In this document: in pieces, positions 9,483 through 15,959 of the stretch
Position numbering within the stretch: the first letter of the stretch is position 1
Layout: each line of letters begins with the position of its first letter
NCBI RefSeq assembly: GCF_042650605.1
Contig: NZ_JBHSBN010000027.1
Coordinates: 17,199-41,198 of the forward strand
DNA: 24,000 nt
Source of the DNA: Micromonospora zhanjiangensis
GTDB lineage: Bacteria; Actinomycetota; Actinomycetes; Mycobacteriales; Micromonosporaceae
Direction: 5' to 3'
Translations under genes and position numbers: made by a program
Notes under the pieces: model-generated
Seen by the model: only the letters and a program-made list of their open reading frames with translations
Database searches by the model: none
What the model was told of the DNA's origin: nothing

Positions 9483-10649
9483 GTGACGCACGTGACCGAG
9501 CGCAGTGGCGCAGGAGGCGGCCCGACCGGTGGTCAGGGTTCCGGAGGCGGCGACCGCCGGCCCTGGACCGCGGGAACGGGTCGAACCGGCCGTAAGCGCA
9601 GCGTGTCGTACGCGGACGCGGGCGTCTCGATCGACGCCGGCGACCGGGCCGTGGAGCTGCTCAAGTCGAAGGTGCGCGGCACCCGACGACCGGAGGTGCT
9701 GGGCGACCTCGGCGGCTTCGCCGGGTTGTTCCGGCTGGACACCAAGAAGTACCGCAATCCGATCCTGGCCTCGTCCACCGACGGGGTGGGCACCAAGCTG
9801 GTGATCGCCCAACAGCTCAACATCCACGACACGGTCGGCATCGACCTGGTGGCGATGGTCGTGGACGACCTGGTGGCGTGCGGTGCCGAGCCGCTCTTCC
9901 TGCTGGACTACATCGCCTGCGGCGAGGTGGTGCCGGACAAGGTCGCCGAGATCGGCGCGGGCATCGCCGACGGTTGCCGGTACGCCGGCTGTGCGCTGCT
10001 GGGCGGCGAGACGGCCGAGCACCCGGGTGTGCTGCGTCCCGACGAGTACGACGTGTCGGCCACCGGCGTCGGTGTGGTCGAGGAGAGCGAGCTGCTCAGC
10101 CCGGAGCGGGTCGAGGTCGGTGACGTGGTCATCGCGATGCGCTCGTCCGGGCTGCACTCCAACGGTTACTCCCTGGTCCGGCACGTGCTGCTCGGTGCGG
10201 GACGGATGCGGCTGGACACGGTGATCGAGGATTTCGGCGACCAGCGCACCCTCGGTGAGGAACTGCTGACCCCGACCGAGATCTACGCCCAGCACTGCCT
10301 CAAGCTGATCGCCGAGGCCGAGGTCCGGGCGCTCGCCCACGTCACCGGCGGCGGGATCCCGGGCAACCTGGTGCGGGTCCTGCCCGAGAACGTCGACGCG
10401 GTGGTCAACCGGGCGACGTGGAAGCCGCAGCCGATTTTCGACCTGATCCAGGCCAAGGGTCGGATCGAGGACCACGAGATGGAGTCGACCTTCAACATGG
10501 GGGTCGGCATGTTCGCCGTCGTGTCGGCCGAGGACGCCGACCGGGCGTTGGCGACTCTCACCGGTCGCGGCGTGGACGCGTGGCAGGCCGGCGAGATCAT
10601 CGAGGGCACCGGAACGGTCCAGATGATCGGTCAGCACACCCGGGGTTGA
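9483..10649 (+). CDS. purM: Phosphoribosylformylglycinamidine cyclo-ligase (AIR synthase)
   Basis: GTG at 9483 has a strong SD (AAGGGGAG, 5-nt spacer). The PurM core reads SYADAGVSIDAGDRAVELLK...DGVGTKL...GGETAEHPG. An alternative in-frame GTG at 9603 would give the canonical MSYADAG N-terminus but lacks an SD. The start is therefore uncertain while the product is secure. Confidence 0.93.
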   Translation: MTHVTERSGAGGGPTGGQGSGGGDRRPWTAGTGRTGRKRSVSYADAGVSIDAGDRAVELLKSKVRGTRRPEVLGDLGGFAGLFRLDTKKYRNPILASSTDGVGTKLVIAQQLNIHDTVGIDLVAMVVDDLVACGAEPLFLLDYIACGEVVPDKVAEIGAGIADGCRYAGCALLGGETAEHPGVLRPDEYDVSATGVGVVEESELLSPERVEVGDVVIAMRSSGLHSNGYSLVRHVLLGAGRMRLDTVIEDFGDQRTLGEELLTPTEIYAQHCLKLIAEAEVRALAHVTGGGIPGNLVRVLPENVDAVVNRATWKPQPIFDLIQAKGRIEDHEMESTFNMGVGMFAVVSAEDADRALATLTGRGVDAWQAGEIIEGTGTVQMIGQHTRG

Positions 10650-10745
10650 TCGCAATCTGTTGATCATTTTCCTACCCCTTCGGACTTCACCCGGATAGCC
10701 GTCGCCACCTAGCCTGGAGAGAACCGAGGCACGGGGGAAGGTCCG

Positions 10746-11915
10746 ATGGCGGTTGTCCGTTCGGCACGTTCCGCGGCGCAGGTGCGTCCGGAGGCGTACG
10801 AGCCTGCCGGGATGCGGGGCATCGCCGACGTGCCGTCGTACGTCGTGATGCAGCCGACCACCCTGTGCAACCTCGACTGCGCGTACTGTTACCTGCCGCT
10901 GCGGGCGGTCGACCGGCGGATGCCGGTCGAGGTCGCCGAGGCGGTGGCCGGCCCGGTGAACCGGTGGGCCGGTGCCGGCCGGTTCTCGGTGGTCTGGCAC
11001 GGTGGCGAGCCGTTGGCGGCGGGGCGGGAGCATCTGGCCGCGCTGGTCGCCCCGTTCGACGACGCGGTCGAGCACCACGTGCAGACCAACGCGACCCTGA
11101 TCGACGACGACTGGTGCGACTTCTTCACCGAGCACCGGATCCGGGTGAGCGTCAGCGTCGACGGGCCCCGGGAGCGCAACGACGCCCGGGTGACCCGGGG
11201 TGGCCACCCGTCGTACGACCGGGTCCTGCGGGGGGTGGAGGCGCTGCGGCGGCACGGGATCGGCTTCTCCGCGCTCTGCGTGGTGTCCCGGCCGGAGCCC
11301 GGCCTGGCGGCCGAGCTCTATTCCTACTTTCTCGACCTTGGCTGCGACGTGCTCGGGCTGAACATCGAGGAGATGGAGGGGGTGAACACCCGGGGGAACC
11401 GCCATCCGGCGCCGGCCGTGACCGCGTTCTGGTCGGAGTTGACCGCGGCCTGGCGCAGCGACCCGCGGATCCATCTCCGGGAAATCGAGTGGAGCCTGCG
11501 GTACGCCGCCGCCGTGCTGGACGGCACCGAGGACGACCTGCTGCCGCGTCACCTGGATCCGATCCCGACCGTCGGTCACGACGGTTCGGTGGTCCTGCTC
11601 TCACCCGAGCTGGCCGGTTTCTCCGACCCGCGCTACGGCGACTTCAGCAGCGGCAACGTGCTGACCGACGGGCTGGCGCAGATCCTGGCCCGTCCCGGTG
11701 GCACGCCCTGGGTGGCCGAGTTCCTGGCCGGGGTGCAGGCGTGCCGGGTGAAGTGTCCGTATTTCAGCTTCTGCGGAGGTGGCCACGCGGCCAACCGGTA
11801 CTTCGAGCACGGGCGGTTCGACGGTACGGAGACCGACCACTGCCGGAACAGCAAGATCCGCCTATTGGAGGGAGTGTTGGCGCATGCCCGAGACCACCAG
11901 CCGACAGTGGCCTGA
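10746..11915 (+). CDS. Radical SAM peptide-maturase-like enzyme (SPASM/twitch-type C-terminal Cys cluster; looks GrrM/OscB-type or anSME-like)
   Basis: ATG at 10746 follows GGGGGAAGG. The CX3CX2C motif (TTLCNLDCAYCYLP) lies only about 40 aa from the N-terminus, and the GGE-type motif VVWHGGEPL is present. The C-terminal sequence is VQACRVKCPYFSFCGGGHAANRYFEHGRFDGTETDHC. GC3 bias is strong. The subfamily assignment is from memory, not a search. Confidence 0.85.
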   Translation: MAVVRSARSAAQVRPEAYEPAGMRGIADVPSYVVMQPTTLCNLDCAYCYLPLRAVDRRMPVEVAEAVAGPVNRWAGAGRFSVVWHGGEPLAAGREHLAALVAPFDDAVEHHVQTNATLIDDDWCDFFTEHRIRVSVSVDGPRERNDARVTRGGHPSYDRVLRGVEALRRHGIGFSALCVVSRPEPGLAAELYSYFLDLGCDVLGLNIEEMEGVNTRGNRHPAPAVTAFWSELTAAWRSDPRIHLREIEWSLRYAAAVLDGTEDDLLPRHLDPIPTVGHDGSVVLLSPELAGFSDPRYGDFSSGNVLTDGLAQILARPGGTPWVAEFLAGVQACRVKCPYFSFCGGGHAANRYFEHGRFDGTETDHCRNSKIRLLEGVLAHARDHQPTVA

Positions 11916-12129
11916 CCGCCCGTACGGGATCGACGTCGAGGAGTCCACCGGCAATCACGTGGCCGCGCGCGTGCGCGGGGCCAGGACCGGATTCGAGGCG
12001 CTGCTGCGCGAGGCCGACGACGCGCGCCGGCATCGGGCCGAGGCGACCGGTGACGGCACGGCGGTGTGTGCCTGGAACCACTTCGAGAACATCCCGACGT
12101 TCTACAACTGGAACAACCGGCCGCGCTGA
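11884..12129 (+). CDS. 81-aa candidate RiPP precursor peptide (leader plus aromatic/Asn-rich C-terminal core)
   Basis: ATG at 11884 has GGAGGGAG 9 nt upstream and overlaps the last 32 nt of the rSAM gene in another frame. The codons are C/G-ending (aac, ttc, tac, cac), as expected for a real gene in this genome. The product is MPETTSRQWPDRPYGIDVEESTGNHVAARVRGARTGFEALLREADDARRHRAEATGDGTAVCAWNHFENIPTFYNWNNRPR. Confidence 0.6.
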   Translation: MPETTSRQWPDRPYGIDVEESTGNHVAARVRGARTGFEALLREADDARRHRAEATGDGTAVCAWNHFENIPTFYNWNNRPR

Positions 12130-12163
12130 CCGGATCGCCCGCAGCATGAGGCGTGGAGTGAGC

Positions 12164-12219
12164 TCAGGGACCTGCCGTGCCAGGTGGAATCGGACGATCC
12201 ACCCCGGTCAGGTCCCTGA
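12164..12219 (+). terminator. Nested stem-loop 35 nt after the precursor stop; probable operon terminator or 3' stabiliser
   Basis: The outer 11-bp stem is tcagggacctg/caggtccctga (12164-12174 / 12209-12219). The inner 6-bp stem is ggtgga/tccacc (12183-12188 / 12198-12203). Confidence 0.45.
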
Positions 12220-12278
12220 CCTCGCTTCGGGGATGTAAGACGGTTCGACGGTGCGCGTCGCACCACTCGGACATGCGT

Positions 12279-12304
12279 GAGCACGCGGGTGTTACCGCGT
12301 GCTC
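12279..12304 (-). terminator. Perfect 10-bp hairpin just downstream of the DUF3073 gene stop
   Basis: The stem is gagcacgcgg-gtgtta-ccgcgtgctc. It lies 15 nt beyond the stop at 12319-12321 on the minus strand. There is no clear U-tract, so it is an I-shaped terminator of the kind common in actinomycetes. Confidence 0.5.
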
Positions 12305-12318
12305 AAATATGCCTGAGG

Positions 12319-12534
12319 TCAGCGGGCCGGAGGAGCCCAGTGTCCTGGGCCGTCCTCATCATGATCCTCGTCATCGTCGTCGACATACTCTTTGTAGTCG
12401 TCGTCGAAGTCGTGGTCCGACTTGCCGCTGCCGCCGAGTTCTCGCTGCAAGGCGGCGAGGTCGGTGTTCGGGGAGTGGTACTTCAACTCCCGGGCCACCT
12501 TTGTCTGCTTGGCCTTAGCACGGCCGCGCCCCAT
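12319..12534 (-). CDS. DUF3073 family small protein (basic N-terminus, acidic C-terminus)
   Basis: ATG at 12534 follows GAGGGGG. The product is MGRGRAKAKQTKVARELKYHSPNTDLAALQRELGG...DDDYKEYVDDDDEDHDED, the typical actinobacterial DUF3073 sequence. The ORF-track start at 12597 was rejected. Confidence 0.85.
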   Translation of the reverse strand: MGRGRAKAKQTKVARELKYHSPNTDLAALQRELGGSGKSDHDFDDDYKEYVDDDDEDHDEDGPGHWAPPAR

Positions 12535-12694
12535 GGCTCGACCCCCTCGCACAGAATTCGGGGCAGCCCAAAGGCGGGCCCCGATGACGTTAGGCATCTC
12601 TCGTGGCTCTTACGGTACATGGGGAGGCCCCGGTTCGGCACCTCGGGTTCCGGTCGACCGCGCGTCCGCGTTTCGCGGCGCCCGGTCGTAACAG

Positions 12695-12723
12695 ATTGTA
12701 GCCGGTAACGAACTGTTCGCCAA
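12695..12723 (-). promoter_or_regulatory. Candidate HrdB-type promoter for the DUF3073 gene (TTGGCG-17-TACAAT)
   Basis: On the minus strand, TACAAT is at 12700-12695 and TTGGCG at 12723-12718, with a 17-nt spacer. Both lie in a locally AT-richer stretch. This would give a leader of about 150 nt. The call rests on a motif match only. Confidence 0.3.
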
Positions 12724-12779
12724 TCAACCGTTACCTGTCCGCGCCGGTCCGGGCACCCGCCGGTGCCGGTGATCGACGC

Positions 12780-12834
12780 GATCAAGGACTCTTCCGTCGT
12801 AAATGACCCAAACCACCGCGAAGAGCCCTTGATC
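12780..12834 (-). terminator. Stem-loop 15 nt downstream of the vdh stop
   Basis: gatcaaggActcttc pairs with gaagagCccttgatc: 14 bp plus one mismatch, with a 25-nt loop. Confidence 0.4.
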
Positions 12835-12848
12835 AGCGTCGGTGCGGC

Positions 12849-13928
12849 TCAGCTCAGCCGGATCGTCCGGAGCCGCCCCACCTCGGCCATCCGCCGCTCG
12901 GCCAGCCGGTCGGCGGCGACCGCCGGCGGCACACCCTCGGCGTCGGCCAGCCGGAGGATCTGCCGGGTGGTGTCGAAGATCCGGGTGGCCCGCAGCTTGG
13001 CCCGCTCGAAGTTGAAGCCCTCGATCTCGTCCGCGACCTGGATCACGCCGCCGGCGTTGACCACGTAGTCCGGCGCGTAGAGCACGCCCCGCTCGGCCAG
13101 CAGCTTCTCGATGCCCGGGTGGGCCAGCTGGTTGTTGGCCGCCCCGGCGACGATCTTGGCGCGCAGGGCCGGGACCGTGTCGTCGTTGAGGGCGCCGCCG
13201 AGCGCACACGGCGCGTAGACGTCGATGTCGGCGGCGACCAGCGCGGTGGCGTCCTGCACGAGGTCGACCTCGGGGTGGTTGCTCCGGACCCAGTCCACCG
13301 CCCGCTCGTTGACGTCGGTGGCCACCACCGCGGCGCCGTCGGCGAGCAGGTGGGCGGTCAGGTGCTTGCCGACCTTGCCCAGACCGGCGACGCCGACCCG
13401 GCGGCCGGACAGGGTGGGGGAGCCCCAGAGGTGCTCGGCCGCCGCCCGCATGCCCTGGAACACGCCCCAGGCGGTCAGGATCGACGAGTCACCGGCCCCG
13501 CCGTGCTCCACGCTGCGGCCGGTGACGTACCGGGTCTCGCGGGCGATCACGTCCATGTCCTGCACGTACGTGCCCACGTCGCAGGCGGTGTAGTACCGGC
13601 CGCCCAGCGACTGCACGAACCGGCCGTACGCGCGCAGCAGCGCCTCGCTCTTGATCTGCTCCGGGTCGCCCCAGATGACCGCCTTGCCGCCGCCGAGGTC
13701 CAGATCGGCGAGCGCGTTCTTGTAGGCCATCCCCCGGGACAGGTCGAGGACGTCGTGCAGCGCGTCCTCTTCGGTCGCGTACGGGTAGAACCGGGTGCCG
13801 CCGAGTGCCGGACCGAGCGCGGTCGAGTAGATGCCGATGATCGCCTTCAGGCCGGAGTGCTTGTCCTGGCAGAAGACGACCTGCTCATGCCCGGTGGCGG
13901 GTGCGTCGGTGTTGGCGAAAACGCCCAT
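12849..13928 (-). CDS. vdh: Valine/leucine dehydrogenase (Glu/Leu/Phe/Val dehydrogenase family)
   Basis: ATG at 13928 follows AGGAG. The product MGVFANTD...[25 protein letters not shown]...DLGGGKAVI...[12 protein letters not shown] carries the catalytic Lys-Gly-rich motif and a Rossmann GxGxxG. The ORF-track extension to 15029 was rejected. Confidence 0.9.
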   Translation of the reverse strand: MGVFANTDAPATGHEQVVFCQDKHSGLKAIIGIYSTALGPALGGTRFYPYATEEDALHDVLDLSRGMAYKNALADLDLGGGKAVIWGDPEQIKSEALLRAYGRFVQSLGGRYYTACDVGTYVQDMDVIARETRYVTGRSVEHGGAGDSSILTAWGVFQGMRAAAEHLWGSPTLSGRRVGVAGLGKVGKHLTAHLLADGAAVVATDVNERAVDWVRSNHPEVDLVQDATALVAADIDVYAPCALGGALNDDTVPALRAKIVAGAANNQLAHPGIEKLLAERGVLYAPDYVVNAGGVIQVADEIEGFNFERAKLRATRIFDTTRQILRLADAEGVPPAVAADRLAERRMAEVGRLRTIRLS

Positions 13929-14108
13929 GGCTGCTCCTGTTTTGGATGCGCCCTTGTGGGGTGCGGACCTGCGTCTGGCCGGCGGGGTCCTGCCGGTGCT
14001 GGTGAGCCTAGTCTCGATCGTTCGCGACCGGCTGCCACGCACCTGTCGATCCCAGATGATCGGACCCGCTGCTGGGAGGTGGCATCCGTTTCGTGGGAGG
14101 ATCGCGCC

Positions 14109-14948
14109 GTGCCGTCGCTTTTCGCTTCCTACCTGCGGGTGTACGAGCCCCTGGCCGCCTTCGACCGGGACCGTCAGGTCTACTGGCGGCAGTACGTCAC
14201 CGAAGGGCGGCCGATCGCCCCCTCCGAAGGTCCCGGCCGGCAACGTACGTCGGTGATCGAGGCCCTCGGCGCCGGCTGGACCCGGCTGCCCGACCTGCCC
14301 GAGGAGGCGTACGTCCTGGAGGCGGACGAGACGCTGCTGGTCTGCCCGTGGAACCTGCGGATCCGGGTGGCCGAGGCGGCGCTCAGTGCCCGGGACGGGG
14401 TGCCCTCGGTGCTGGCCGACGCGTTCGTGCCGCCGGTGCTGGCCGGACAGGCCAAGGCGGTGGTGGAGGACTGGCGCAGCGGCGCCCGGGTGCTCGAACA
14501 CGGCGTGCCCAGGCTGCACGAGCAGGTCTCCACCTGGGGCGTACCGCTGCGGTGGTTCGTCTTCGTGGCCGCCGAGGAGCGGGAGCTGACCACCCGACCG
14601 GACCGGCGGGTGCTGCGCTACCGCACCGAGATCTCCAAGGCCCGGCGGCGGGCCTCCCGCGGCCTGGCCGTGCTGCGCAAGTCGGTGGGCGACGCGCCGA
14701 TCACCGAGGCGGTGGAGGAGGGCGCGCGGTGGCTGGAGGAGTTCCACCCGCGCTCGGTGCTGGAGCTGGACTACGGCGGTCTGGTCGACCTGTTGTCGGA
14801 CGATGCGCTGGCCGAGGACGACTCCCCGGAGCTGGTCGCGACCGGGCTGGCCGGGCTTTCCCGGGGCGACGCCGAGGCCGCCACCGAGGCCTACGAGAAG
14901 CTGGTCGCTCGCTGGCGGGCGGTCCAGTTGCTGGAGCGGTGCAATTAG
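14109..14948 (+). CDS. Conserved actinobacterial protein of unknown function (between vdh and bldC)
   Basis: GTG at 14109 has GGGAGGA 9 nt upstream. GC3 is strong. The 279-aa acidic product reads [26 protein letters not shown]...LLERCN. I did not recognise any family. Confidence 0.7.
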   Translation: MPSLFASYLRVYEPLAAFDRDRQVYWRQYVTEGRPIAPSEGPGRQRTSVIEALGAGWTRLPDLPEEAYVLEADETLLVCPWNLRIRVAEAALSARDGVPSVLADAFVPPVLAGQAKAVVEDWRSGARVLEHGVPRLHEQVSTWGVPLRWFVFVAAEERELTTRPDRRVLRYRTEISKARRRASRGLAVLRKSVGDAPITEAVEEGARWLEEFHPRSVLELDYGGLVDLLSDDALAEDDSPELVATGLAGLSRGDAEAATEAYEKLVARWRAVQLLERCN

Positions 14949-14959
14949 GGCAGACCTGC

Positions 14960-14982
14960 CGTTCCAGCCTCTGGGAACGTTT
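14960..14982 (+). terminator. Small hairpin followed by TTT after the 14109-14948 gene
   Basis: cgttccag-cct-ctgggaacg (8 bp with a 1-nt bulge) is followed by ttt. It starts 12 nt after the TAG stop. Confidence 0.35.
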
Positions 14983-15213
14983 CCAAGGCGAGGCCTGCTC
15001 GTAGCCACCGGGTCACCAAACGCGATCATGAGTCCGAATAAGGCCGGTTGTGGCGTACAAAATAGCCATAAATCGGTCTTAGTTCATCCGTCTATCCAGG
15101 GACGTTCGGCCGTTCGGCCCATGTCGGACATCGGGGACTAGCCGGACCATGGGAGACGCGTCGGCCGGCGGGACCCCGGCCGATGTCTATAGGTACCTGT
15201 GGAGGAGTGACCG

Positions 15214-15423
15214 ATGGCATCGCGTACGCACGAACCTGAGCCGCTACTCACACCGGCCGAGGTGGCGTCGATGTTCCGCGTCGACCCGAAGACCGTGACC
15301 CGGTGGGCGAAGGCGGGCAAGCTGAGCGCCATTCGCACGCTGGGCGGCCACCGCCGCTATCGCGAGTCGGAGGTTCGCGCTCTGCTGCAGGGGCAGATTC
15401 CCCAGCAGCGTCAAGGCGACTGA
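15214..15423 (+). CDS. bldC: BldC, small MerR/excisionase-like developmental DNA-binding regulator
   Basis: ATG follows GGAGGAG. The product MASRTHEPEPLLTPAEVASMFRVDPKTVTRWAKAGKLSAIRTLGGHRRYRESEVRALLQG is nearly identical to the Streptomyces BldC core as I remember it. Confidence 0.92.
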   Translation: MASRTHEPEPLLTPAEVASMFRVDPKTVTRWAKAGKLSAIRTLGGHRRYRESEVRALLQGQIPQQRQGD

Positions 15424-15442
15424 GCACCGCAGCAATACGTTA

Positions 15443-15490
15443 GATCAGGGGCGGAGCAACCCGGACGACCGGGCGGCTCCGCCCCTGATC
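15443..15490. terminator. Strong bidirectional terminator hairpin between bldC and the convergent PPOX gene
   Basis: A perfect 15-bp stem gatcaggggcggagc/gctccgcccctgatc encloses an inner cccgg-acga-ccggg hairpin. Confidence 0.65.
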
Positions 15491-15518
15491 CGTGCCCGCC
15501 GGTCCGTCTCGGCGCGGG

Positions 15519-15902
15519 TCAGTCGGTCAGCTCGATCCGGATCCCCACCGTGCCGGCGGATCCGCGCCGCAGCCGGCTGCCCAGCAGGGTCAGCCGGCCG
15601 ATCAGGCCGTACTTGCGGCGCAGCAGCGCGCGGGCCCGCTCGGTGGTCTCCGGATCGCAGATCGCCGCCCGACCCTCCACCGGCGGGTCGCCGAGCGGCC
15701 GGCCCCGCACGTCGCAGGCGGCCACGCTCACCCGGCCGTCCCGGCGGATCCGCTTGACCTTGCCGGCGTCCGCGGCGGACCAGGCCATCAGTGCCGCACC
15801 CTCGCGTACCACCCAGACCGGCGTGGCCACCGCCCGACCGTCCCGGCGGTACGTGGTGAGGAGAAGGTACTTCCCGGCGCCGAGTCGATCGAGGTCGGAC
15901 AT
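15519..15902 (-). CDS. PPOX-class (pyridoxamine 5'-phosphate oxidase fold) probable F420-dependent protein
   Basis: ATG at 15902. The product MSDLDRLGAGKYLLLTTYRRDGRAVATPVWVVREG...GKVKRIRRDGRVSVAACD fits the TTxRxDGxPxxxPVW pattern of this family. The longer ORF-track frame to 16661 was rejected. Confidence 0.75.
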   Translation of the reverse strand: MSDLDRLGAGKYLLLTTYRRDGRAVATPVWVVREGAALMAWSAADAGKVKRIRRDGRVSVAACDVRGRPLGDPPVEGRAAICDPETTERARALLRRKYGLIGRLTLLGSRLRRGSAGTVGIRIELTD

Positions 15903-15959
15903 GCGGACCAGGGTACGGCCGGTGCGCGCCCGGTGGCACCGCCGGATAGCGTCTGCCGC

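Noticed and set aside
7766-11579. Long minus-strand ORFs at 7766-9433 (555 aa) and 9273-11579 (768 aa).
   Set aside because: These are shadows of purF, purM and the rSAM gene. The plus-strand genes have clear catalytic motifs, SD sequences and GC3 bias.
11779-11883. A longer version of the precursor ORF starting at GTG 11779 (116 aa).
   Set aside because: It would overlap the rSAM gene by 137 nt and has no SD. The ATG at 11884 has GGAGGGAG at ideal spacing.
12146-12238. A 30-aa ORF (MRRGVSSGTCRARWNRTIHPGQVPDLASGM) just after the precursor gene, considered as a possible second precursor because of its W-N-R motif.
   Set aside because: It has no SD and mixed third-position usage. The DNA is almost entirely accounted for by the nested terminator-like hairpin at 12164-12219. 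A single W-x-R triad is not evidence.
13929-15029. An N-terminal extension of the vdh ORF (the track calls 12849-15029, 726 aa).
   Set aside because: The dehydrogenase homology begins at MGVFANTD (ATG 13928, AGGAG SD). The extension runs antisense through the well-supported 14109-14948 gene.
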